Below, in pieces: positions 45,971-54,293 of a stretch of 64,000 bases of DNA. Source of the stretch: Candidatus Altiarchaeales archaeon (GTDB taxonomy: Archaea > Altiarchaeota > Altiarchaeia > IMC4 > SCGC-AAA252-I15). A program made the position numbers and the translations under genes. The DNA lies in contig WJMO01000011.1 of the NCBI GenBank assembly GCA_014727915.1, positions 1 to 64,000 on the forward strand, read 5' to 3'. Below the pieces are notes generated by a model, which saw nothing but the letters and a program-made list of their open reading frames with translations, made no database searches and had not been told where the DNA came from. Every line of letters begins with the position of its first letter. The stretch's first letter is position 1.

Positions 45971-46678
45971 GATTTAGGCTTCTACGATTATGGTGCAAGA
46001 CAATACAACCCCACACTACGAAGATTCATGCAACCGGACAGTATTATCCCGGATTATTATAATCCGCAATCGTTGAACCGGTACTCGTACACACTGAATA
46101 ATCCGTTGAAATATATCGATCCAGATGGACATTTGGGTGTAGAGTATAGTAGTAGCTCTTCAATTGGTACTTTCCCAATTCCAATACCAAGTATTTCAAT
46201 TAGTCATGGTATTGGTCATACTATTGATTTCTCGACAGGGGATACTGATCAAGGTGTCAATTTGGCTATTTCAACTGGTGATACTACTCTCTCAGTCTCA
46301 GTAACCTTTAGTATTTCGGTTTTCCCAAATTATCAGGAGATGGGTGATTTTTCTGGAGAGACATCTGAAACTGGAGGTGAAGTACAAATATTTGGCATCT
46401 CGAGTTTATTGAGTGTTGGCAAGCAGGATATTTACTCTCGGGAAGGGCAAGAAACAAATATTAATGATAAAATCGGCGACCGTTATACACTTAGTATTGG
46501 TAAGGCTCCATTTCGCGCATCTGGAGATTATATGCATGTAGATACTACTTCAATCGAGGTAATGCCAGATGATTCAGAATCCTTAATAGATGTTCATCGA
46601 ACAGACAATAAGGGAAATTCAGGAACAGATTCTGAGACACATACCGAATCTGGACTAATAAAAACAAAAACCGGATAA
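45971..46678 (+). CDS. Orphan Rhs core fragment + C-terminal domain 2
   Basis: In-frame DLGFYDYGARQYNPTLRRFMQPD...NRYSYTLNNPLKYIDPDG. The first ATG (46028) is internal to the core. Confidence 0.82.
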   Translation, partial: DLGFYDYGARQYNPTLRRFMQPDSIIPDYYNPQSLNRYSYTLNNPLKYIDPDGHLGVEYSSSSSIGTFPIPIPSISISHGIGHTIDFSTGDTDQGVNLAISTGDTTLSVSVTFSISVFPNYQEMGDFSGETSETGGEVQIFGISSLLSVGKQDIYSREGQETNINDKIGDRYTLSIGKAPFRASGDYMHVDTTSIEVMPDDSESLIDVHRTDNKGNSGTDSETHTESGLIKTKTG

Positions 46679-46699
46679 TTAATTAACTAAGGTGGGGAT

Positions 46700-47035
46700 A
46701 TGGAACAAATAATCGAAAAAATATTTTACATATTAATCTCAATAGGTGCTCTAATTTTGGTTTATGCTCCTATGTTTTATAAAGAAAAACTCGCGAAATA
46801 TCTGAAAAACAATAAATTAGATATCTATAAATCTTTACCTTCAGATCAATCTTTTCCTTATATTCTTGAGAGTGATAAGATCGGTTGGATCTCATTTATA
46901 AAATATATCTTTTCGAAACACCCACAAGATGACAAAACATGCCTTAAATACAAAAGAATAATTATCTTTTCATGGATTGGAATAATCCTTCTATTTTGTT
47001 CTATTCTCTACCTATTATATGCTGGGTTTATATGA
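46700..47035 (+). CDS. Two-TM small protein, putative immunity protein 2
   Basis: SD-like aaggtgggg, a TM-loop-TM layout, AT-rich, and follows CT2. Confidence 0.75.
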   Translation: MEQIIEKIFYILISIGALILVYAPMFYKEKLAKYLKNNKLDIYKSLPSDQSFPYILESDKIGWISFIKYIFSKHPQDDKTCLKYKRIIIFSWIGIILLFCSILYLLYAGFI

Positions 47036-47044
47036 TTTCGTTCC

Positions 47045-47926
47045 ACATCACCCCAAGGCGGCAGCGGAGAAATATACTATTATCACCCTGACCATCTTGG
47101 TTCAACTGTTGTGGTTAGTGACAGTGACGGTAATTTAGAAGAGAGAATTTCATATCAGCCTTATGGGTTACCCCGTCAAGATAGCGAAGAATTGTATCAG
47201 TTCACCAGTCAGGAGTGGCAATCTGATTTAGGCTTCTATGATTATGGAGCAAGACAATACAACCCAACCCTTAGGAGGTTCATGCAACCCGACAACATAA
47301 TACCAGACTACTACAACCCACAAAGCCTAAACCGGTATTCCTATGTGGTAAATAATCCACTACTATATGTTGATCCAACAGGCGAGATTGGGATTTCTAC
47401 TGATGTTTATATCAATGTTGGATTAGTAAAAGGGTTTTCATTTTCGGTTGGAAATGTATATGCTATATCTGATTCTGGAGAACCATCATCAGGAAAGACC
47501 ATGTCCTTCAGTGGGGGTGACTCTTCGCCAACGGGGGCAGTAGGTATAAGAGTGACTTTTCATCCAAATATGCAAGATGTATCAGACAAGGCTGGATACT
47601 CAAATGAGGCTTTAGCTGATGCTAATCCCTTTACTATAGGTCCTGTTCCAATAACTGGTGGATATGGTCAGAGTTGGGAAAGTCAAGGAGAAGCTGATGG
47701 ATTGTTTTGTGTTGATAATACTATTCCTTCTTATGATAAAAATAGCAATAATGATCATTTCCTTACACTTGCCGTTGATACTAATACATTCCTGCCAGTG
47801 TCAGTAGGGACATATGAAACCTATACAGTGGTTATTGAAGATCCTTCACTTGATAATCCCACAACCCAAATTCATGATCCTGGTCCAGCTTTTAAACAAG
47901 AGGGGGGAGGTGGTGGTGCTGGATAA
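47045..47926 (+). CDS. Orphan Rhs core + C-terminal domain 3
   Basis: In-frame TSPQGGSGEIYYYHPDHLGSTVVVSDSDG...YVDPTG with no ATG at its 5' end (track start is the GTG at 47111). Confidence 0.85.
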   Translation, partial: TSPQGGSGEIYYYHPDHLGSTVVVSDSDGNLEERISYQPYGLPRQDSEELYQFTSQEWQSDLGFYDYGARQYNPTLRRFMQPDNIIPDYYNPQSLNRYSYVVNNPLLYVDPTGEIGISTDVYINVGLVKGFSFSVGNVYAISDSGEPSSGKTMSFSGGDSSPTGAVGIRVTFHPNMQDVSDKAGYSNEALADANPFTIGPVPITGGYGQSWESQGEADGLFCVDNTIPSYDKNSNNDHFLTLAVDTNTFLPVSVGTYETYTVVIEDPSLDNPTTQIHDPGPAFKQEGGGGGAG

Positions 47927-47965
47927 AAAGAAATTAGTTAATATGATATTAAATGAATATGATAT

Positions 47966-48298
47966 GTGATTGCCATGAACTATTTATATATGATTTTTGA
48001 TGCATTTTTTTATGTATTAATATTATGTGGTTTTATCCTTTTCTTCTATTCTCATTATCTAATACTGCAAGTGATATTCTATTCTTATAAAAAGAAGAAT
48101 AAATTAAATTTTTTATCAGAAAAACTAGCACCTTATTGGATATACCCCTGGTTATTGCGAAATGATCCAAACGACGACGAATATACGTTAAATATGAAAA
48201 ATAAAATTAGATTGTCTTTTCTATCCATGTTAATTATCTGTTTGTTATGCTTTTTTCTAATCCCATTTTTCAAATATAAATATTATGAATTATTCTAA
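47966..48298 (+). CDS. Two-TM small protein, putative immunity protein 3
   Basis: TM-loop-(DD...K)-TM layout like 46700..47035, and follows CT3. Confidence 0.72.
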   Translation: MIAMNYLYMIFDAFFYVLILCGFILFFYSHYLILQVIFYSYKKKNKLNFLSEKLAPYWIYPWLLRNDPNDDEYTLNMKNKIRLSFLSMLIICLLCFFLIPFFKYKYYELF

Positions 48299-48366
48299 TT
48301 ATCGCCCAATTACATGAGAGAGATTCGTTTTGTCCCTCCCGGTCTGATATATGTCCTATCATTTTT

Positions 48367-48462
48367 GAGGTATATTATTATCACCCTGATCACTTAGGAA
48401 GCACAGTAGTGGTTTCTGACAGTGATGGTAATTTGCATGAGAGGATATAATACCTGCCTTTT
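48367..48462 (+). pseudogene. Rhs-core remnant with in-frame stop
   Basis: Translates EVYYYHPDHLGSTVVVSDSDGNLHERI*YLPF. Confidence 0.85.
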
Positions 48463-48546
48463 TGGGGGTTTTTTTGTGATAGCTTTTCATTTTTATACAT
48501 ATGTTGTATGTATATTATACATATCATCATTTTTGGGTGTTTTGTG

Positions 48547-48804
48547 ATGGAGAGTGTTAGGGTTAATGTGTTGCTTCCGGAGAAGCTTTTGAGGGAGTCT
48601 AAAAGTCTTGTGGAGAAGGGTTATTTCAGTAATTTCAGCGAGATTGTCCGGGAGAGCCTTAGACGGGAGATAATTAACTACAAGATTGGGCTGGGTGAGT
48701 TGACAGAGAAAGACCTGGAATTGCTTGAATGGGTAAGGCATGAGAAAGCCGCGGGCAATATACTGTCTGAAAAGGATATGGCAAAACATGGTCTCAAAGT
48801 TTGA
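48547..48804 (+). CDS. Ribbon-helix-helix antitoxin
   Basis: MESVRVNVLLPEKL...LVEKGYFSNFSEIVRESLR is an Arc/MetJ/CopG pattern, and the gene overlaps the toxin start. Confidence 0.85.
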   Translation: MESVRVNVLLPEKLLRESKSLVEKGYFSNFSEIVRESLRREIINYKIGLGELTEKDLELLEWVRHEKAAGNILSEKDMAKHGLKV

Positions 48805-49093
48805 ACTATGTTACTCCCGATTCTTTGAAACGCAGTGGCTCGGCTTCGACGAAAAAACCAGATCGATAATCAAAGACAGGTTAAAGCTCATCAAACAGAA
48901 CCCCCTCCGATACGACACCCTCAAAGGATACACGAGAGTCCGGAAACTGAAGTTATCCCTTGAAGGAAAATACCAACGGCTACTCTACGCACTCCACATG
49001 CCCAAAACAAACCATATACTCATCCTAGGTGTATTCGACAGAGATAAAGGCTACCAAGAATTCGAAAGAAAATTCATAAAACTCAAAAAATAA
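48788..49093 (+). CDS. RelE/ParE-family toxin
   Basis: About 101 aa and basic, with F...W..FDEKTR..I..RL..IKQNP...LKG...RKL...RLLY....ILILGVFDR.KGY. Confidence 0.8.
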   Translation: MVSKFELCYSRFFETQWLGFDEKTRSIIKDRLKLIKQNPLRYDTLKGYTRVRKLKLSLEGKYQRLLYALHMPKTNHILILGVFDRDKGYQEFERKFIKLKK

Positions 49094-49097
49094 AAAC

Positions 49098-49183
49098 ACA
49101 CTCCAAGCCCCCAGGGCGGCAGCGGTGAAATATACTACCACCCCCCCAACCACCTAGGCTCAACGGCTGTTGTTAGTGACAGT
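49098..49183 (+). pseudogene. Terminal degenerate Rhs-core remnant
   Basis: Translates TPSPQGGSGEIYYHPPNHLGSTAVVSDS. The 13-mer acactccaagccc matches 44321. Confidence 0.8.
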
Positions 49184-49260
49184 AGTTTTCAGAGAGATTT
49201 TAAGATATTCAAAATAATTATTAGAATTTTATAAACTATTTTAACTTTTCTTTGAATAGT

Positions 49261-50235
49261 TTATGTTTTTTCTGCGATGGCGTTTATGTCGCTCATGATT
49301 GCGCTGCTGGTTTCTCGGGGTCCGGCTCCTGCTCCGATCAGGGTTATCTCTCCGGCGACGTCTGTGTCGACTAATACTGCGTTCAGGCTGCCGCCCACGT
49401 TCAGTGGGTGGTCCAGTGGCACCAGCCGGGGGCTCACCTCCTTCGCGGCAATATCCCCCACGAGTTTGATGGTGTACCCGTGTTCCTTCGCCAAGTCCAC
49501 CGCCTCAGGTGTCACGCCGGTTATCCCAACCACCTTCAAATCCTTGAACTTCACATCCATCCCCAGCGAGTTAGCCAAGATAACGACCTTGGCGGCGGAA
49601 TCGATGCCCTCGATGTCATAGGTCGGGTCCGTCTCCGCCAAACCCAACGTCTGAGCCTCCAACAGCGCAGCCTTGAAATCAACGCCCTCCTCCAGCATCT
49701 TCGTAAGTATGAAGTTGGTCGTCCCATTCAAGATGCCATAGACGTTCCTCGCCTTGTTACTCTTCAACTCCCGGTCCAACGTGTTAAGAACAGGGATCGC
49801 ACCCCCAACGGTAGCCTCGAACTTCAACATCACACCATTATCCTCGGCCAATTTCACCAGCTCACCGTAGGCCACCACCAACGGACTCTTATTGGATGTG
49901 ACAACGTGCTTCCCCGACTCCAACGCAGCCCGGATATGCTTCAAACCCGGCTCCCCAGATTTGATGTCGCCGGGCGTCAATTCCACAACGATGTCAGCGT
50001 CAACTTCATTAATCACATCCAATGTCTTCCGCTTGCCCCACCGGGGCTTCTCCTTCAGCAGCCTCTTCAAGTCAACGCCACTTTCATCCACGATGCAGCC
50101 GCTGTACTCGCAGACGGCCACGACCTTCACGTCCAAACCCCCCTTCTTCAAAGAGCTTCTCTTCTCAGCCAAGGTCTCCACCAATCCCCTGCCGATGTTC
50201 CCGTAGCCCACGATTACCAGGCGCAACACTTTCAT
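49261..50235 (-). CDS. hom: Homoserine dehydrogenase
   Basis: GYGNIG, HVVTSNK, FEATVGGAIP, GILNGTTNFIL, AETDPTYDIEGIDSAAK and GAGAGPRETSSA motifs. Confidence 0.96.
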   Translation of the reverse strand: MKVLRLVIVGYGNIGRGLVETLAEKRSSLKKGGLDVKVVAVCEYSGCIVDESGVDLKRLLKEKPRWGKRKTLDVINEVDADIVVELTPGDIKSGEPGLKHIRAALESGKHVVTSNKSPLVVAYGELVKLAEDNGVMLKFEATVGGAIPVLNTLDRELKSNKARNVYGILNGTTNFILTKMLEEGVDFKAALLEAQTLGLAETDPTYDIEGIDSAAKVVILANSLGMDVKFKDLKVVGITGVTPEAVDLAKEHGYTIKLVGDIAAKEVSPRLVPLDHPLNVGGSLNAVLVDTDVAGEITLIGAGAGPRETSSAIMSDINAIAEKT

Positions 50236-50726
50236 GCCGCCACCTCGTTTATGAACAGGAACCTCTTCTCCCGGCAGATGGTCTGGATCACGTCCATCAG
50301 CTTACCATGCTTGTTGTCGTCCACGTCCACCTCCATCAGCACAGCGGACTCCGCCTCTGGGTCTGTCATCCGAACGTCCACGTCACGGACCAGCCCCAAC
50401 TCGTTGATCCGGTCGATGGTGTCCTGGATGTCGTTGTCGATCACGTGACCCACGAAGATGAACGACAGGCTCCTCTTCTTATAGTACCTGTGACCCTCGA
50501 CGCGAACGTCCCTGACCCTCACCTTCTCCTTCTTCAACGCGCCGAGGATCCTCGACAGCGACTCCTGGTCCCGGACCTTGAACACAACATCCACTCCCAC
50601 AAGGCCCTTGCTTCCCCGGGAATGGAGCACGCTGACTATGTTACCCCCGTTCGCGGAGATGGGCTCCAACGCCCTCACCAGCATCCCAGGAACGTCCCTG
50701 AGACCAAGACTCACGTCAACCCGCAT
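50232..50726 (-). CDS. ACT-domain protein (archaeal allosteric regulator of homoserine dehydrogenase)
   Basis: LRDVPGML...LEPISANGGNIVSVLHSR and GHVIDNDIQDTIDRI. It overlaps hom. Confidence 0.85.
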   Translation of the reverse strand: MRVDVSLGLRDVPGMLVRALEPISANGGNIVSVLHSRGSKGLVGVDVVFKVRDQESLSRILGALKKEKVRVRDVRVEGHRYYKKRSLSFIFVGHVIDNDIQDTIDRINELGLVRDVDVRMTDPEAESAVLMEVDVDDNKHGKLMDVIQTICREKRFLFINEVAA

Positions 50727-50775
50727 TCTAACCCCTGGATATTTATTATCCCGTCTACCCTAAAAAGAACCCACG

Positions 50776-52800
50776 ATGCGCACTTTAGTGGTTACGGAGA
50801 AGCCCAACGTCGCGGAGAGGATAGCCAACAGCCTCGGCAAGGCAACGAGGAAAACACACGGGGGAGTCGCATACTACGAGGTCGGCGACACCGTCGTCGC
50901 CCCCGCAGTCGGCCACATATACGGGCTCAGGGAGAGGAAAAGCAAAGGCTGGGTGTATCCGGTCTTCGACATAGAATGGGCGCCCTCCTACTCCATCAAC
51001 AAGAGCAGCGCATTCACCAAGAAGTACCTGAACAACATCAAGCACCTGAGCAAAGACTGCCAGAGGTTCATCAACGCCTGCGACTACGACGTCGAAGGAG
51101 AGGTCATAGGATACAACGTGATCAAACACGCATGCGGGGCTGATCCCCTGTCCGAGAAGGTCCGGAGGGTGAAGTACTCGACCCTCACAAAGGACTCGAT
51201 ACTCAAGGCCTTCGAGAAGATCGGGCCCATCGACAAGGGGCTCGCCGACGCAGGCCTGGCGAGGCACAGCCTCGACTGGTACTGGGGTATCAACCTCTCA
51301 CGGGCGCTGAGCAACGCGGCCCGCAGCGCCAAACGATACGCCACATTGAGCATCGGCCGCGTGCAGGGGCCCACGTTGAAGGTGCTGGCGAAGAGGGAGC
51401 GGAGCATACAAGCCTTCAAGCCGGAGACATACTGGCAGGTGGAGATGCAATGCCGCAAGGAGACTGACTTCACCAGCATGCACGAAGCCGACAAGTTCAG
51501 CGAACAGGAGAAGGCCGACGCGGTCAAGGAGAAATGCGGCGACAAGGCCAGGGTCTCGGACGTGCAGAGCAGGAAGTACAAGCAGACACCCCCCTACCCC
51601 TTCGACCTCACCACATTGCAGACGGAAGCCTACAAGCACCTCAACATCGACCCCAGGCGGACGTTGGAGATAGCCCAGAGCCTGTACACCAACGCGTACA
51701 TCAGCTACCCGAGGACCAGCAGCCAGCAGATACCGGAGGACATAGACTGCCGGAAGATAATAACCGACTTGAAGAGGCAGGGCGACTACGGAGTATTATG
51801 CGAGAAGCTGCTGGAGAAGAAGAAATTGAAGCCCACCAACGGGAAGAAGAAGGACCCAGCCCACCCCGCAATACATCCGACGGGCGAGATGCCCGCCAGG
51901 CTGGACGCACAACACAAGAGAGTATACGACCTCGTAACAAGGAGGTTCCTCGCATCATTCGGCGAGCACGCGGTAAGGCAGAGCGTATCCGTGAAACTGG
52001 ACAACAACGGAGAAACATTCATCGCCAAGGGCAACACCACCGTCGAGAAGGGCTGGCACACATACTACGGCCCCTACGCCAAGTTCGAGGAGAACCTCCT
52101 CCCGGTTCTTGAGAAAGGCGACGACGTCGACGTCAGGGACGTGCTAGTCCATGAGAAGGAGACCAAACCCCCGAAGAGGTTCACCCCCGCGTCGATCATA
52201 AAGGAGATGGAGAAGCGGAACATCGGAACCAAGGCGACGAGGTCGCAGATCGTGGACATACTATTCCGCCGCGGATACCTCCACGGGAAGACGATAGAAG
52301 TAACCAAGCTCGGCTTGTCAGTGGTGGACGCCCTTAACAAGTACTGCCCGGAGGTGCTGAGCGACAAGCTCACCCGGAAGTTCGAGGAGGACATGGAGCA
52401 GATACAGGAGGGCAAGCTCACATCCGAGGAAGTCATAGACGATGGGCGCAGGACGTTGGAGAATATACTCGCCGAGTTCAAGGAGAACGAGCTGAAGATC
52501 GGCACCGCACTCGCCGACAGCATACTCGAGGCGAAGAGGCGGGCGAGCAGCCTCGGACCCTGCCCAGTCTGCAAGAACGACCTGGTAGTCCGGAAATCAC
52601 GGTACGGGGGGCATTTCATAGGATGCACGGGATACCCCAAGTGCACCCACACCTGGCCCCTGCCCAAAGACCCCGTTAAGAAGATCGGCGAGTGCAAGCA
52701 CTGCGGGTATGCGATGATGATAGTCATGCCCAAGGGCAAACGCAAATGGAGCTTCTGCGTCAACCAGGCCTGCCCCGGGAAAAAGAAGAAAACGAGATGA
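50776..52800 (+). CDS. topA: DNA topoisomerase IA
   Basis: TEKP, GH, ACDYDVEGEVIG, SIGRVQGPTL, ISYPRT, DPAHPAIHPT, IGTKATR and C-terminal Zn ribbons. Confidence 0.97.
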   Translation: MRTLVVTEKPNVAERIANSLGKATRKTHGGVAYYEVGDTVVAPAVGHIYGLRERKSKGWVYPVFDIEWAPSYSINKSSAFTKKYLNNIKHLSKDCQRFINACDYDVEGEVIGYNVIKHACGADPLSEKVRRVKYSTLTKDSILKAFEKIGPIDKGLADAGLARHSLDWYWGINLSRALSNAARSAKRYATLSIGRVQGPTLKVLAKRERSIQAFKPETYWQVEMQCRKETDFTSMHEADKFSEQEKADAVKEKCGDKARVSDVQSRKYKQTPPYPFDLTTLQTEAYKHLNIDPRRTLEIAQSLYTNAYISYPRTSSQQIPEDIDCRKIITDLKRQGDYGVLCEKLLEKKKLKPTNGKKKDPAHPAIHPTGEMPARLDAQHKRVYDLVTRRFLASFGEHAVRQSVSVKLDNNGETFIAKGNTTVEKGWHTYYGPYAKFEENLLPVLEKGDDVDVRDVLVHEKETKPPKRFTPASIIKEMEKRNIGTKATRSQIVDILFRRGYLHGKTIEVTKLGLSVVDALNKYCPEVLSDKLTRKFEEDMEQIQEGKLTSEEVIDDGRRTLENILAEFKENELKIGTALADSILEAKRRASSLGPCPVCKNDLVVRKSRYGGHFIGCTGYPKCTHTWPLPKDPVKKIGECKHCGYAMMIVMPKGKRKWSFCVNQACPGKKKKTR

Positions 52801-52802
52801 TG

Positions 52803-53978
52803 CTATCCCCGCTCCATGTCGTCGATCCTTCTCAGATACTCGCGGGCAAGTGAATTGGACGGGTCCAGCTTCAGAGCTTCGCTGAAGTGCTTTCTCGCGC
52901 CATCAAAGTCGTCGATGTTCCCCAGGAAAGAACCGTAGTTGAACTGCGCGTATGGGTTTCGGGGGTTCAGCTCCACAGCCCGCCGATAATGTCGTCCAGC
53001 CATCTCCAGGCCCTCATGGGTCTCCCTCTCAGTCAATATATTGCCGTATATTATGTGCGCGTCAGCAGACTTGGGATTCAGTTCCAGCGCCCTTCTGACA
53101 TGCTCCTCGGCCTTATCGGATTCGCCGCAGTTAAACAGCAGATTAGCGAAGTTCTCATGGGTTAGGTAGGATTTCGGGTCCAACTCCAAAGCCCTCTCAT
53201 ACTCTCTCTTAGCCTCTGCTGCCTGGTTGAACTGGCTTAGGAGGAGTCCCAGGCTTTCATGAGCCCTCGCATCCGCGGCGTCAGCGCTCATCCGCACAGG
53301 GTCGGCCTGCATAAGCTCGGCTATCGACCCGCCTTCACGCAGCTTATACGCCAGATGCCGTGTTATCAAACCACTCTCAGCATCAACCGCCCTAACCCAT
53401 CTGTCAACGGACAACAGCGAACCATATAGGGCGTCGGAGACGAGGAAGCTGTTCCCTGCCTTGACGACTGCGACCATATGGGCTGGGATATCCATCACTC
53501 CGGCTTCAAAGCCCACAGTGGACGCGATCTTGGTGAAGATCTGGCTGTGGTGGATGCAGTCAACGGCGTCGACTTTCGGGTTGCCCGGGAGATGGCCGAA
53601 TGCGTTCTTGAACTCGCGCGCCTTCTCAACCCTCCCCTCCCCGCAATGTCTGATGTTGAAGCGTGAGACAACCCGGGGGTATCCGCTCCTGACCTCCCGG
53701 TGGATGTGGCATGCGATCTCAACCTCGGCTTCCATCTGCTCCCGGGGCGAGAGTTCCTGGTACCATCTTTCGTTCCTGAAGCTCCTATCCGGGAGAGTCC
53801 TCAACACTGTTCTATCAGGCAGCTCGACATCAACGGCATCTCCTCTGCCCCTCTCGATCCCTTCACGGCTGTAATCCCCTATAAGGTCGGTGATGCCCGA
53901 CAGTAGGCCCTGTTTGGTCTGGTTCTCCCGAAGATCCGGCAAAGCGCTCTCAACCGGCCGGCCGGAAACAACTTTCAT
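52803..53978 (-). CDS. Transglutaminase/papain-like domain + C-terminal TPR repeats
   Basis: DCIHHSQIF...PAHMVAVV...LVSD gives a candidate Cys-His-Asp triad. Four TPRs follow (RALELDP, RALELNP, RAVELNP, EALKLDP). Confidence 0.7.
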   Translation of the reverse strand: MKVVSGRPVESALPDLRENQTKQGLLSGITDLIGDYSREGIERGRGDAVDVELPDRTVLRTLPDRSFRNERWYQELSPREQMEAEVEIACHIHREVRSGYPRVVSRFNIRHCGEGRVEKAREFKNAFGHLPGNPKVDAVDCIHHSQIFTKIASTVGFEAGVMDIPAHMVAVVKAGNSFLVSDALYGSLLSVDRWVRAVDAESGLITRHLAYKLREGGSIAELMQADPVRMSADAADARAHESLGLLLSQFNQAAEAKREYERALELDPKSYLTHENFANLLFNCGESDKAEEHVRRALELNPKSADAHIIYGNILTERETHEGLEMAGRHYRRAVELNPRNPYAQFNYGSFLGNIDDFDGARKHFSEALKLDPSNSLAREYLRRIDDMERG

Positions 53979-54015
53979 CGCATTAACAAATCAGGAAACG
54001 CGCGAATTAAAGCGT

Positions 54016-54267
54016 TCACGTGTTCAGCGGGTCTGTCAGCTCAACGGTGGTCGGGTTCTTCCGGTATATGACTCCCCGCTCCTGCAGCACCTTTATGGCC
54101 TTGCTGATCTCGTCCTTTTCGATGCCGTGCCACATGAGCTGCTCCTCGAGGAACCTGACCTTAGCAGTCTTGAGCTCGCTCATCAGCTCGCAGATTAAAA
54201 GCTTGCAATCCAATGCCAACCACCGGAACATAGTATTCGACAAACTCATTAAAAAGCTTGACATCAA
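54016..54267 (-). CDS. Small winged-helix-like protein
   Basis: GIEKDEISKAIKVLQERGVIYRKNPTTVEL is a typical wHTH recognition helix plus wing. Confidence 0.55.
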   Translation of the reverse strand: MMSSFLMSLSNTMFRWLALDCKLLICELMSELKTAKVRFLEEQLMWHGIEKDEISKAIKVLQERGVIYRKNPTTVELTDPLNT

Positions 54268-54293
54268 TTTGATAATAGATTAAAGAAGATAGG

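Larger units (their letters stand above)
44321..49183 (+). repeat. Dispersed direct repeats of the Rhs-core coding sequence delimiting cassettes (about 44321, 45940, 47045, 48367, 49098)
   Basis: 44341-44444 and 47057-47160 are identical over 104 bp. Degenerate copies lie at 48367-48462 and 49098-49183, and a 3'-core copy starts at 45971. Confidence 0.9.

Noticed and set aside
45917-49100. Three of four downstream Rhs cores are in frame with the preceding gene's stop codon (possible readthrough)
   Set aside because: The stops differ (TAG, TGA, TAA), one case is out of frame, and chance explains it adequately.
44321-49183. Possible CRISPR array or integron attC sites
   Set aside because: The repeats are protein-coding Rhs-core sequence with kb-scale spacing. 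No cas gene, integrase or palindromic attC structure is seen.
49408-51143. Long + strand ORFs (346 aa and 373 aa) over hom, ACT and topA
   Set aside because: They are antisense or alternate-frame shadows of well-supported genes in GC-rich DNA.
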